DNA of 64,000 bases from Candidatus Bathyarchaeota archaeon (GTDB taxonomy: Archaea; Thermoproteota; Bathyarchaeia; TCS64), in contig CAVYVF010000022.1 in the NCBI GenBank assembly GCA_963771885.1, positions 160,001 through 224,000 of the forward strand. The letters are read 5' to 3'. Positions 40,150-50,847 of this stretch are shown piece by piece (position 1 is the stretch's first letter; each line of letters begins with the position of its first letter). The translations under genes were made by a program, and so were the position numbers. The notes below the pieces were generated by a model, which worked only from the letters and a program-made list of their open reading frames with translations, was not told the origin of the DNA and did not search any database.

Positions 40150-40943
40150 ACGATCTTCGCCTCCCTGAGCTTCGCGAAGATCGCATCCGCGAGCTGGTCT
40201 GGGGTGCCCTCGATGACCTCGCCCCCGGCGTGCGGCTCAGGAGTAAAAATCTTCGTGACACGTGTGTAACTCCCGTCAAGGCCGAGTTCCTTAGGGTTCA
40301 TCCCCATCTCCTTGTTCGTGATGGTTTTGATGATGGCCTTCTTGGCGGCAAGCCTGCCGCGGAGCGTGGCGAGGCGCGGCTGACCAACGTCCTTGGATAC
40401 GGTGATTATGAGGGGTAGCGGAGCCTCCAGTGTCTCGACGCCGTCGTCGAGGTTACGTTTGAGTGTGACCTTCCCGCTATTTACGTCAATTATCTGGCTG
40501 ACGTAGCTTATGCATGGTTCGCCGAGGTGCTCAGCCATCTCAGGGCCGGTCTGGCCGGTGTCCCCGTCGGTCGTTTTAAGGCCGCAGATGATTAAGTCGT
40601 GGGGTCCGCTAAGTTGTATGCTCTTGGCTAGTGTGAGGCTGGTTGCCCAGGTGTCAGCTCCACCGAATACGCGGTCGCTGACAAGGACGCCTTCGTCACA
40701 TCCCATGGCTATGGCATCGCGCAAGCTCTGCTCAGCTGCCGGCGGACCCATGCTTATGACTCTGATCCTGCCGCCGTGTTTTTCACGGAGGCGGAGCCCC
40801 GTCTCTATGGCGTACTCGTCGAATGGGTTGATGACCGCTGCGACGCCTTCACGCTTAAGGCGACCCGTCTCCTTATCGAACTCGACCTCGGTCGTCTCCG
40901 GAACCTGCTTTATGCAAATGACGATGTTAAGACCGACACTCAA
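40146..40943 (-). CDS. etfB: ETF beta subunit
   Basis: CIKQVP, NPFDEYA, GADTWATS, DGDTGQ. Confidence 0.95.
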   Translation of the reverse strand: MSVGLNIVICIKQVPETTEVEFDKETGRLKREGVAAVINPFDEYAIETGLRLREKHGGRIRVISMGPPAAEQSLRDAIAMGCDEGVLVSDRVFGGADTWATSLTLAKSIQLSGPHDLIICGLKTTDGDTGQTGPEMAEHLGEPCISYVSQIIDVNSGKVTLKRNLDDGVETLEAPLPLIITVSKDVGQPRLATLRGRLAAKKAIIKTITNKEMGMNPKELGLDGSYTRVTKIFTPEPHAGGEVIEGTPDQLADAIFAKLREAKIV

Positions 40944-41005
40944 CGAAGTATCACCCTGCTTTTGCTGAGACTACGCTCTGGAGTGGTGGTATAAAAGTGT
41001 AGGCG

Positions 41006-41425
41006 CTAAGGTGCGTGGGGGAACTTTGCGCCTAGCAGGCTGTAAGCCTTCTCCGGCTCTGTTACACCGAGGACTATCCGGGTCCGCGTCGCGTTGTAAA
41101 AGAACTCAATATTCACGCCAGCGTCGGCGATACGGCGGGTCACCGCGGCTAACTCACCGGGACGGTCCCTTATGTCTATGACGAGGGCCTCCCGCTCCTC
41201 CTCGATCTTTATCCCGGCGTTAACAAGCGCCCTCTTGGCCGGAGTGGCGTCGTCGACGAGTATGTGCGCTATATGTGTGACAAATTCGCGGTCCTCACCG
41301 CCCTTAATTTCGCGCGCGAATCCGGCAATGCCCTCGATGTTCACTCCAGCCTTGCCGAGTGCCTCGCTAAGGTCAGCGAGAGTGCCTGGGCGGTTCTCTA
41401 GTGTCACCTTGAGGTCCTTCATCAT
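41006..41425 (-). CDS. Tandem ACT-domain protein
   Basis: ENRPGTLA...GVNI and DRPGELA...GVNI. Confidence 0.9.
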   Translation of the reverse strand: MMKDLKVTLENRPGTLADLSEALGKAGVNIEGIAGFAREIKGGEDREFVTHIAHILVDDATPAKRALVNAGIKIEEEREALVIDIRDRPGELAAVTRRIADAGVNIEFFYNATRTRIVLGVTEPEKAYSLLGAKFPHAP

Positions 41426-41489
41426 GGTGGTTCTGGTGTATCCCGGGAACGGTGGGGCATAAGATTTTGGACACATAGGCCTGACTAAG

Positions 41490-41921
41490 CTACTTGTATT
41501 CACCGCTCGTGGAGAAGCCAACTAGGAAATGCGGAGAGTCGACCCTCCTGTAAACGAAGTTGTGGCGGAGGCCGCGGGGTATGTATACCCCGGCGGTCCG
41601 CGTTATGACATGGATCTCCTCCTCGTCGCCGAGGAGTATCTCGATCTCTGCCCCCAGCTTGGTGATATCGTGAGGGTCCGTGCCCATGAAAAGTATGACT
41701 TCGTCGTGTGGATGGACATGGGGCTTGAGCCAGGGATTGGGGTCGGGAACCGTGTGTATGCCGGATATAAAAATGTGTAGAGGTGCCCCCTTGATTAGGG
41801 CGTCCTCGATGTATGTGTGGCTTAGCGTCCTGCCCTTGACACGTTGGCCGTCGGGGAGAACCCCGTTTGCTAGCTTCTGTACCCTCGGCGAATCTATGAT
41901 ATACTTGCCATACTTTGACAA
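41490..41921 (-). CDS. Cupin-like hypothetical protein
   Basis: PHVHPHDE...YIPRGLRH. Confidence 0.8.
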   Translation of the reverse strand: MSKYGKYIIDSPRVQKLANGVLPDGQRVKGRTLSHTYIEDALIKGAPLHIFISGIHTVPDPNPWLKPHVHPHDEVILFMGTDPHDITKLGAEIEILLGDEEEIHVITRTAGVYIPRGLRHNFVYRRVDSPHFLVGFSTSGEYK

Positions 41922-41934
41922 AACGCGCCTCTCC

Positions 41935-43017
41935 TTATAGCCTGTACTCTGAAAACTCATACTCACAGGGCGGCCCGCATGTCGCGTACATTACCTTGTC
42001 CTCGGGTACTATAATGACCGAGGATACGCTCATCGAACGTGCATGTGGAGGCATCTCCTCGTTGGGGTGGCCACATATGGCGTGAGGGTAGTTGCCGTGG
42101 TCCGACATGAAGCGCATCATTATCTCCGGCGTTAGCTCCCCGTAGTGTTGCTCGATCAATCTGTTCAACCTTTGTACACGCACATAGGTGCTCCCCCTGA
42201 CCTCTGGAATGGCGTTGTCCCCCATCTTGAAGCGTGGGTCGTGGTAGTGGTTGCCATGAACGAGCACATCGCGCATAGGCTGCTCCACATTGAAGCCCGT
42301 GGGATGAGTTTCGACACTGAAGATGTCCCCCTCTGCACTGCCTATGATGTAATGGAGCATACTCCGCCCATGCGTGCACATCTCACTTAAGGCGTCGCCC
42401 ATCCGCTTCTGCCTCATCACTTTGGGCATCAAGCAGCAACACGGCACATTGAGCCCCTGCTGGCTCGTCGGGCTAAGGACTACGTTCAGCACTATGCCCA
42501 GCCCCGCGCCCGTGAGCGTCAGCTCTCCGCCGCCCCAGAAAACTAGACTCAGCTCCTTGCCCCCGTCATCCCTCTTGATCCTAACCATATCCAAGGTGAT
42601 GCCAGGGAGGACATCAAAATTCTGACCAATTATCGCCTTTCCGTCCTTTGTGGCGCTGCCCGTGACGGCGAAGGAGGTGCAGAGGGTTTGAAGGTGTTTG
42701 TAGTAGAACCGGAGTTCAAACCAGCACCTGAGGGCAAAAACCTCGTCGAATGAGACGCCGGCGCCCTCAGCCTGCCCCTTGAGCTGGTTGATGAGGACTG
42801 GGTCATACTTCTCCACAGCTGGGAGGTACTTCCTTGTGTTTGCCAGGAGGTCGACCTTATTGGCTCCAGCGCTCGCCTCCATCCGCGTCACGAGAGTGTC
42901 AATGCTCTGGACGATGTTCGCCTTCGCAGCAACTCCATACTGATGCCCTATCTCGTAGGGGGAACCGCTGCACCCTATGATGTCAAGCCTCTGTACTTTT
43001 TTCAAATCGGTCACCAA
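41935..43017 (-). CDS. C45-family autoproteolytic acyltransferase/hydrolase
   Basis: GSPYEIGHQYG, CTSF nucleophile, GQNFD, HGNHY. Confidence 0.92.
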   Translation of the reverse strand: MVTDLKKVQRLDIIGCSGSPYEIGHQYGVAAKANIVQSIDTLVTRMEASAGANKVDLLANTRKYLPAVEKYDPVLINQLKGQAEGAGVSFDEVFALRCWFELRFYYKHLQTLCTSFAVTGSATKDGKAIIGQNFDVLPGITLDMVRIKRDDGGKELSLVFWGGGELTLTGAGLGIVLNVVLSPTSQQGLNVPCCCLMPKVMRQKRMGDALSEMCTHGRSMLHYIIGSAEGDIFSVETHPTGFNVEQPMRDVLVHGNHYHDPRFKMGDNAIPEVRGSTYVRVQRLNRLIEQHYGELTPEIMMRFMSDHGNYPHAICGHPNEEMPPHARSMSVSSVIIVPEDKVMYATCGPPCEYEFSEYRL

Positions 43018-43278
43018 TGATAAGTAGTCTATATGATGCGTCTACGGGAATTTGGATTTAACACTTATCGGGTAAAATTTCATATCGCCCAACATTTGGT
43101 GGACTAAAGTTTCAGCCAAATAGAGATGATTGAAATAATTTCTTATGTTTCCCGGCAACGCTATGCGTGCGCAGGTTGCTTGACTCAAGACAAACTTACT
43201 GGATGAGTGGGTTCGAGCTACACCCGTCGCAGGGCTCAATGCTTATCCAGAGAAGGGGGAACTCTTAGCTGATCCCAG

Positions 43279-44616
43279 TTGCCTGTCCACCCAATAGAGT
43301 TCAGGTACCGCTACCCCGAGATGTACGCAGTCTTCACAGAGGAGGCGAAGCTGCAGAGCTGGCTCGATGTAGAAGCAGCACTCGCGTGGGCGCACGCTGA
43401 GCTAGATACGATACCCAAGGCAGCGGCGAAGGAGATAGAGAGGAAGGCCAAGGTCGACACGGTTAAGGTGGAGAGGGTCAAGGAGATAGAGGAGAAGACA
43501 AGGCACGACCTCCTCGCCATGGTTTACGCCCTCCAGGAGGTCTGCGAGGGGAACGCCGGCGGCTACATCCACCTCGGTGCGACTAGCTACGACACCGAGG
43601 ACACTGCATTGGCCCTCCAACTGCGCAGAGCTATGGACATTATCGAGGGAGACCTTAAAACGCTTCTCAAGGTGCTGCTCGACAAAGCGGAGGAGCATAG
43701 AGAGACGGTCTGCATAGGGCGCACCCACGGTCAGCACGCCCTCCCAATGACCTATGGATTAAAATTCGCCCTCTGGGCGTCGGAGGTGAGCCGCCACCTC
43801 GATAGACTTTCCGAGACTCGGAAACGCATCGAGGTCGGAAAGATGAGCGGCGCTGTTGGCACGATGGCGAGCTTCGGACAAAAGGGTTTCGAGGTCCAAC
43901 GCCTAACCATGGAGAGGCTCAAACTGGAGCCCGCCTTAGTCACGAATCAGATAATCCAGAGGGACCGTCACGCTGAGCTCCAGTGCCTGCTTGCCCTCAT
44001 CGCAGGCACCCTCGACAAGATAGGGCGAGAGCTCCGCAACCTCCAGCGAACGGAGATAGCTGAGATCAGCGAGCCGATGCGCAGCCCGAGCAGCACGATG
44101 CCTCAGAAGATGAACACCAGCAACACTGAACGCATCTGCGGACTCGCCAGAATCGTCAGAGGGAGCGTGAACGCGAGTCTTGAATCAATCGCCCTTGAGC
44201 ACGAACGGGACATAAGCAATAGCGGAATGGAGCGGGTGAACATCCCCGAGGGTTTCATACTCACCGACTACATCCTCCGTCAGATGACAAGCATCGTGAA
44301 AGGACTCACATTCGACTCGGATAAAATCGAGAAGAACCTGAACATGACCCTCGGGCTCGTCCTCACTGAGCGGGTGATGATCGAGCTAATCTCCAAAGGC
44401 GTTGGGCGGCAGGAGGGACATGAGTTAATGCGGCGCCTTGCCCTCAAGGCATGGAAGGAGAAGCGCTCACTCAGGCATGTTATGGAAGAGGACGAGGAGG
44501 CGACACACCTCATAGCCCCCGCTGAAATGGATGAGTGGCTCAACCCACATACTTACATCGGCACCAGTGTGGAGCAGGTAGACAAGGCCGTAGCCGCGTT
44601 GAAGAAGAAGCTATAG
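43279..44616 (+). CDS. purB: Adenylosuccinate lyase
   Basis: HLGATSYD, GRTHGQHA, SSTMPQKMN. Confidence 0.93.
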   Translation: MPVHPIEFRYRYPEMYAVFTEEAKLQSWLDVEAALAWAHAELDTIPKAAAKEIERKAKVDTVKVERVKEIEEKTRHDLLAMVYALQEVCEGNAGGYIHLGATSYDTEDTALALQLRRAMDIIEGDLKTLLKVLLDKAEEHRETVCIGRTHGQHALPMTYGLKFALWASEVSRHLDRLSETRKRIEVGKMSGAVGTMASFGQKGFEVQRLTMERLKLEPALVTNQIIQRDRHAELQCLLALIAGTLDKIGRELRNLQRTEIAEISEPMRSPSSTMPQKMNTSNTERICGLARIVRGSVNASLESIALEHERDISNSGMERVNIPEGFILTDYILRQMTSIVKGLTFDSDKIEKNLNMTLGLVLTERVMIELISKGVGRQEGHELMRRLALKAWKEKRSLRHVMEEDEEATHLIAPAEMDEWLNPHTYIGTSVEQVDKAVAALKKKL

Positions 44617-44700
44617 CATGCGCGCGCATCGAGGAATATTGACTGCCTCTACACAAAGAACAGTTTTACATAGATAAAGCATTGAGAGGATTGAAAATAT

Positions 44701-45381
44701 TTGGATACCCACGCCATAAAGGTCTTTGATTGGGGCAGGGAGCTCATCAAGTGGGTGGCCATAGTCACGATGACGGTTGACCACATCGGGCTTCTATTCT
44801 TCCCCGAGTACCCGATCTTCAGGATCGTAGGCAGGCTCGCGTTCCCCCTTTTCGCTTATCTGCTGGTCCTCGGAATGGAGAGCACACACAATATAAGGGC
44901 TTATTTTACGCGACTACTCGTCTTCGCCGTCCTGTCGCAGGTTCCCTTCACGCTGGTCAATGGCACAGTGTGGTGGGAGTACGTCAACATCTACGGGACA
45001 CTACTACTCGGACTCGCCATGATCTACCTCATCGAGAGGAGCAGCGTCTTCTTCGTTGTCCCACTCGCCTTGTCGGCGGTTATACCCGTCGACTACGGCG
45101 TTTACGGCACTGCGACGGTACTACTCCTCTACCTCTTACGCAAGGACTGGAGGGTGGGCGCCAGCATATTCGTCGTACTCAATCTCGTGCTCGCAGCCAC
45201 GGGGGCGCAAACGCAGCCGTGGTCCATTCTCGCGCTCGTCCCCATACTCATCCACAACTCAGGGAGACTCAGCATCAATTCGGAGAAGGCGCCGGGGCAT
45301 TTGATCTTCAGAAAATACTTTTTCTACGCGTATTACCCAGTTCACCTTGCGGTGCTCTACGTGTTAAAATTGCTCCCCTAG
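44701..45381 (+). CDS. TraX-family membrane protein
   Basis: IKWVAIVTMTVDHIG, GRLAFPLF, FFYAYYPVHL. Confidence 0.9.
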   Translation: MDTHAIKVFDWGRELIKWVAIVTMTVDHIGLLFFPEYPIFRIVGRLAFPLFAYLLVLGMESTHNIRAYFTRLLVFAVLSQVPFTLVNGTVWWEYVNIYGTLLLGLAMIYLIERSSVFFVVPLALSAVIPVDYGVYGTATVLLLYLLRKDWRVGASIFVVLNLVLAATGAQTQPWSILALVPILIHNSGRLSINSEKAPGHLIFRKYFFYAYYPVHLAVLYVLKLLP

Positions 45382-45424
45382 CTACGGCGAAACCATTTAT
45401 CATTTCTAAGCATAGTCAGAGGCG

Positions 45425-45880
45425 ATGCTCGAAGCCGAGAGGTTTCTTACAGAAAGGGGGGTACCCTACCGCCTCATCGACCTAACGGACAAGGCCATGA
45501 CGGTTGCCGATGTCCTTCGCTTCAGCAGAGGCGACTTCCCCGCCGAAGAGGTATGCAAGACCGTCATCATGCGCGACTCAGAGGGAGGGTGCTATGCATT
45601 CTTCCTCCAAGGAAACGACCGCGTCGACTTCCTCAAGGCAAAAGGAGCAACGGGAAAGAAGCTCAGGGTCGCGTCGCCTGACGAGGTTCGGGAGGCCGCC
45701 GGCGTCGACCCTGGAGCAGTCTGCCCATTACTCCTACGAATCCCCCTATTCGTGGACATACGAGTCACCAGGCTGCGCCGCGTCAACTTCGGCTCAGGCC
45801 ACCACCTCCACGGCATCGAGTTGACGACGACCGACCTCCTTAGAGTAGTCCCCCACACCGTCACCGACGTAGTCCAGTAA
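45425..45880 (+). CDS. YbaK/ProX-family aminoacyl-tRNA deacylase
   Basis: VCKTVIM, GVDPGAVCP, NFGSG. Confidence 0.88.
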   Translation: MLEAERFLTERGVPYRLIDLTDKAMTVADVLRFSRGDFPAEEVCKTVIMRDSEGGCYAFFLQGNDRVDFLKAKGATGKKLRVASPDEVREAAGVDPGAVCPLLLRIPLFVDIRVTRLRRVNFGSGHHLHGIELTTTDLLRVVPHTVTDVVQ

Positions 45881-45937
45881 AAGAGAACAAACAAAATAGT
45901 AAAGAAAATAAACATACCCGCATTCACACACACTGAC

Positions 45938-46453
45938 ATGTCCTCGGAGCCACCGAAACCAAAGCCGAAGCGGCAGAAGGCGGAGGAACGCATCGCCGAG
46001 CTAGAACAGCAGCTCACCGACACAGGCAAGCAACTCGAAGCTACTATGAACCAGCTCAAATATGCGAAGGCAGACCTCGACAACCTCCAAAAACTGACGG
46101 GGAGGCGCATCGAAGAAGCGTGCGACAGGAACAACGCCCGCCTGCTGGGCCAGCTGATAACCATAGCAGACGAGCTTAAAATTGTAGCTGCCAGCACGAA
46201 GAACGAGGCGGACAACATGATCCACATAAAGCTCCTCCGGCTTCTCGAAGCCGAGGGTGTTAAGCCCATCGAGGCACAGGGCAAGCCCTTCGACCCCTAC
46301 AAGCACGAGGCGATCCTCGAGGTCGAAACGGACACTTGTCCCCCCAGCAGTGTAGCAGAGGAGATAAGGAGCGGTTACACCTACAAAGACAAGGTACTGC
46401 GCGCCGCCATGGTCAAGGTCGCGAAGGAACCAAGCACAAAAAAGGAAGAGTAA
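45938..46453 (+). CDS. grpE: Nucleotide exchange factor GrpE
   Basis: ADLDNL, FDPYKHEA, GYTYKDKVLRAAMVKV. Confidence 0.95.
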   Translation: MSSEPPKPKPKRQKAEERIAELEQQLTDTGKQLEATMNQLKYAKADLDNLQKLTGRRIEEACDRNNARLLGQLITIADELKIVAASTKNEADNMIHIKLLRLLEAEGVKPIEAQGKPFDPYKHEAILEVETDTCPPSSVAEEIRSGYTYKDKVLRAAMVKVAKEPSTKKEE

Positions 46454-46456
46454 ACG

Positions 46457-48353
46457 ATGTCTGAGAAACGAGAAAAGATAATAGGAATCGACCTAGGAAC
46501 GACAAACAGCGCCGCCGCGGTAGTAATGGGCGGTAAACCAGTCGTAATCCCAAGCGCTGAGGGCCCGACGGTCGCGGGGAAGATGTTTCCCAGCGTCGTC
46601 GCCTTCACCAAGGACGGACAACTGCTCGTAGGCGAACCCGCGAGACGCCAAGCGGTAACAAACCCGGAAGGCACTGTCCGCGAGGCAAAGCGCCTCATGG
46701 GCACCAGCAAGACAATCACACTCCAGGGGAAGGACTACACACCCCAACAAATCAGCGCCTTCATCCTTCAGAAGATACTCAGAGACTCCGAGACCTTCCT
46801 CGGCGAAAAGGTAACGAAAGCGGTCATCACCGTTCCCGCTCACTTCAACGACAACCAGCGCCAAGCGACCATAGACGCAGGAGAGATAGCGGGGCTAAAA
46901 GTGACGAGGATCGTCAACGAGCCGACCGCAGCAGCACTCGCCTACGGAGTCGACAAAGCCGACAAAGAGCTAAAGATACTCGTCTTCAGCTTCGGCGGAG
47001 GCACAAACGACACCACAGTTATGGATTTCGGAGGAGGAGTCTTCGAGGTCCTCTCCACAAGCGGAGACACACAGACCGGCGGAGCCGACATAGACAAGGT
47101 GATAATGGACTACCTAGTCGACGAGTTCAAGAAGAGCGACAGCGTCGACCTTCGCAGCGACCTCAAGGCTATGGCGCGCCTTAAGGAGGGAGCGGAGAAG
47201 GCGAAGATCGAGCTGAGCGGTGTGCTCAGCACCGACATCGACCTACCATACCTCGCGATGGGTGCGAGGCGGCCCAAAGAACATGCACATTACCCTCACA
47301 CGCGCCAAGCTCGAGCAGATCGCTCGCCCGATAATCGAGCGTATACGTGCGCCCATCAACCGCACCATCGAGGACGCAAAGATTAGCAAAGACAAGATCG
47401 ACAAGGTCATACTCTTCGGAGGAATGACAAAGATGCCCCTCGTCCAGCAGATAGTCGAGGAGACCATCGGCAAAAAGCCGGAGAGGGGTCTTGACCCTAT
47501 GGAGTGCGTAGCAATGGGGGCAGCCATACAGGGCGCCATCATCGCGGGCGAGATCAGCGACATAGTCCTCCTAGACGTCACCCCACTCAGTCTAGGCGTT
47601 GAGACGCTCGGCGGGGTCATGACAAAGGTACTGGAACGCAACACCACGATACCCACAAAGCAGACCCAGACATTCAGCACAGCCGCCGACATGCAGACAG
47701 CCGTCACAATCCACGTCCTCCAGGGCGAGCGCGCCATGGCTAAGGACAACATCAGCCTTGGCCGGTTCGACCTGACCGGCATTCCACCAGCCCCACGCGG
47801 CGTCCCGCAGATTGAGGTAACATTCGACATAAACACCGACGGAGTCCTCAACGTCTCCGCCAAAGACCTTGGCACAGGCAAGAAGATGGGCATCACAATC
47901 CAGGCCTCCACCAAGCTCAACCAAAAGGAAAAGGATCGCATGATGGAGGAGGCCGAGAAGTACGCGGAAGCCGATAAGAAGGCGAAGGAGGAGGCCGAGA
48001 CGAGGAACATAGCGGACAGCCTCGCCTATACAACCGAAAAAACTCTCACAGACGTCGGCGACAAGCTACCAAGCGACCTCAAGAACAAGATCAGCGACAG
48101 CCTCACCGCCCTCAAGGAGGCACTCAAGGGCACAGATATCGAAGCCATCAAGGCGAAGAGCGACGAGCTCACAAAGATCGTCCAAGAAGCCGGAACTGAG
48201 ATATACAAGCAGACTCAAGCAGCCCAGCAACAGCAGCAGCCGAGCCAAGAGCAGGCCCAACCCGGCGCCGAGCAGAACGACACTCAGGGTCCCAAGACCG
48301 TCGACGCCGAGTACAAGGTACACGACGACGAGAAGAAGCCCGACTCTTCCTAA
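46457..48353 (+). CDS. dnaK: Chaperone DnaK, frameshifted near 47267
   Basis: [27 protein letters not shown] and PRGVPQIEV across two frames. Confidence 0.95.
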
Positions 48354-48443
48354 ACCATCAACATTTATCGGAGGCGCACGCGTCACCGGGTAACGTTTTT
48401 AAGCGGTCTGGCTCGGAGAAGACACTGAAACCGGGGGACGAGC

Positions 48444-49565
48444 TTGTCTGCGAAGCGCGATTACTATGAGATACTCGGCATCAGTAAGGACGCGTCCCCC
48501 GAGGAGATCAAGAAGGCGTTCAGGAAGCTCGCATTCGACCTCCACCCCGACAGGAATAAGAATTCCGGCTCTGAGGAGAAGTTCAAGGAGGTAAGCGAGG
48601 CCTATGCGGTTCTGAGTGACCCGGAGAAGAAGCAGAAGTACGATGCTTATGGTCACGCGGGCATCAGTGGTGCCTACAGCCAGGAGGACATCTTCCGCGG
48701 CGCCGACTTCAGCGGCTTCGGCATCGACATGGAGGATATCTTTCGCACATTCTTCGGTGGGGCGTTCGGGGGCGGCTTCGGTGGCTTCCAGCGCCAGCGC
48801 GGCGGACCCCAAAAGGGCAGAGACCTCCAGACAGGTGTTGAGATCACCCTCGAGCAAGCAGCCACAGGAACGAACGTGGAGCTCAACCTCAACCACCTAG
48901 AGCACTGCAGCAGGTGCGGGGGAAGCGGAGCCGAACCCGGGTCAAGCGTCGTGACATGCCCAAAATGTGGGGGATCGGGGCAGGTGCAGAGAAGCGTTCA
49001 AAGCCCATTCGGAAGGATGATCACGGTCACGACATGCGACCGCTGCCAGGGGAGGGGTCGAACGGCTGAGAAGCCATGCTCTAAGTGCCACGGCGACGGT
49101 ATCGAGGAAGCGCGCCGAAAAATCGATGTTAAGATACCCCCGGGCGTTGACAATGAGATGTTCCTCACCCTCCGTGGGCAGGGCGACGCCGGGCTTTACG
49201 GCGGCCCCCCAGGCGACCTCTACGTCGGAATCAACATAAAGCCCCACAAGTACCTCCTCCGCAAGGGTACGGACACGATTTACGAGGCGGAGATTAACGT
49301 CGCCCAGGCAGCGCTTGGCGCCGAGATAACCGTCCCGATAATCGGGGGGCAGGAAAAGATCAAAGTTCAAGCAGGTATTCAGAGCGGCGACATCATCAGA
49401 CTCAAGGGTAAGGGGATGCCCAGCCGCTATGGTAAAGGAGACCACCTCGTGCACGTCACAGTCAAAGTACCTAGCAGGTTAACGAAGCGCCAGCGCGAGC
49501 TCATGGAGGAGCTTTCAAAGGAATTCGGAACCAGTGACCAGCAAAAGAAGGGCTTTTGGAGCTAA
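48444..49565 (+). CDS. dnaJ: Chaperone DnaJ
   Basis: HPD J domain, G/F region, four CxxCxGxG repeats. Confidence 0.97.
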   Translation: MSAKRDYYEILGISKDASPEEIKKAFRKLAFDLHPDRNKNSGSEEKFKEVSEAYAVLSDPEKKQKYDAYGHAGISGAYSQEDIFRGADFSGFGIDMEDIFRTFFGGAFGGGFGGFQRQRGGPQKGRDLQTGVEITLEQAATGTNVELNLNHLEHCSRCGGSGAEPGSSVVTCPKCGGSGQVQRSVQSPFGRMITVTTCDRCQGRGRTAEKPCSKCHGDGIEEARRKIDVKIPPGVDNEMFLTLRGQGDAGLYGGPPGDLYVGINIKPHKYLLRKGTDTIYEAEINVAQAALGAEITVPIIGGQEKIKVQAGIQSGDIIRLKGKGMPSRYGKGDHLVHVTVKVPSRLTKRQRELMEELSKEFGTSDQQKKGFWS

Positions 49566-50563
49566 CGCCTGTCGATCAAATCGTCGACGCCAGGCCCCGT
49601 GCCTATGAGAGAGACGGGTATCTTGACCTCGTCCTCAACCTTCTTGACGAACTTTTTCGCGTCAGCGCCTAGCTCTTGGTACTTCTGGGTGCCCTTACAG
49701 TCGGGGAAGAGAACGTCGAGCTTGGTTAGCCCTATCATGGTCGCGCCGTTTATCATCTTGGCGCGGCGAGCAAGTTCATAATCGAAGGGCGCTGCGCGTC
49801 TCTGGCGGCCAGTGACCGTGCCATACTCGTCCCAGCCCCTCTTTTTAGCCTCTTCATGGCTTATTTCTCCGGACAGCTCGCCTCCGCCCACGCGGGTGAC
49901 GTAGCTCTTAAGGACCATCACCACATCAGTAACGCGTGTCGGCCCGACGCCGACATCGCTGCATGCCGCTGCGGCGCAGACGTCCTTGCTCGTGACGTAG
50001 GGATATTGCCCGTAGTATAAGCTGATGAATGTGCCCTGCGTGCCCTCGATGAGCAGGTTCCTACCATCATCCAGCGCCTTGTTGGCGATAGCGGGAACAT
50101 CAGCTAGGTACTTTTTGAGTTCGGGTATCTCACGAGCCATCTTGGCAATGCGCATAACACGGTCCGCGTTACACGGACCGGTGCCAGTTCCGGTCGTTTT
50201 AACGGTGTTCTTCAGGTTTGAGTCTGTCTGGTCGAGTTGTATGTGCTTGGGTTCGATAATAGCGCACTGTGGGTCAATGCCAAAACGCTTCTCGATGCCC
50301 GTCTCGCCGATCTCCTTCAGGACTAGCTCGGGGTTGACAAGCACGCCGGGGCCAATGAGCATCTTCGCCTTGGGGTTGACGAATCCGCAGGGAACCATGC
50401 GCAGCTTGTACGCCTTACCGTCCTTGACGACGGTGTGTCCCGCGTTGGGGCCGACGCCCGCCCTCGCTACGACGGCGACATCGTCAGCAACTGCGAGGTA
50501 GCTGATTATCTTTCCCTTGCCAGTGTCTCCATAGAAACCGTCAACGACGACAGTGCAGCCCAT
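49562..50563 (-). CDS. purA: Adenylosuccinate synthetase (short archaeal form)
   Basis: [27 protein letters not shown]. Confidence 0.96.
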   Translation of the reverse strand: MGCTVVVDGFYGDTGKGKIISYLAVADDVAVVARAGVGPNAGHTVVKDGKAYKLRMVPCGFVNPKAKMLIGPGVLVNPELVLKEIGETGIEKRFGIDPQCAIIEPKHIQLDQTDSNLKNTVKTTGTGTGPCNADRVMRIAKMAREIPELKKYLADVPAIANKALDDGRNLLIEGTQGTFISLYYGQYPYVTSKDVCAAAACSDVGVGPTRVTDVVMVLKSYVTRVGGGELSGEISHEEAKKRGWDEYGTVTGRQRRAAPFDYELARRAKMINGATMIGLTKLDVLFPDCKGTQKYQELGADAKKFVKKVEDEVKIPVSLIGTGPGVDDLIDRR

Positions 50564-50847
50564 CGTGTCTCACCTGAAACCAATGGATTGGGGCGAGACT
50601 ATGCTTTTAACCCTTTTCATCTAAAGTCTGAGGGTTATTTAATCTCTATAATTGACTAATCGGTGTAATAAAGTCTTCGATGAACTGGACCCTGTACGTC
50701 CTCAGATTGCATCCCTCGACACAACAACGAGAACCTTTGGATAAGGGATCTAACCAATATTACATCTGCTGTGATTAGCAGACGCTCTTGACTGATACGT
50801 GTAAGGGGGCAAACCCCTATACGCGCCGCTCAACACCATTAAGCGGG

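Noticed and set aside
44701..45381. TraX as evidence of a conjugative element
   Set aside because: It stands alone among housekeeping genes with no other tra or T4SS genes; TraX-family proteins are often chromosomal.
50670..50800. C/D-box sRNA between purA and the CinA-like gene (GTGATTA...CTGA)
   Set aside because: Only one degenerate C/D pair, with no convincing second pair; insufficient support.
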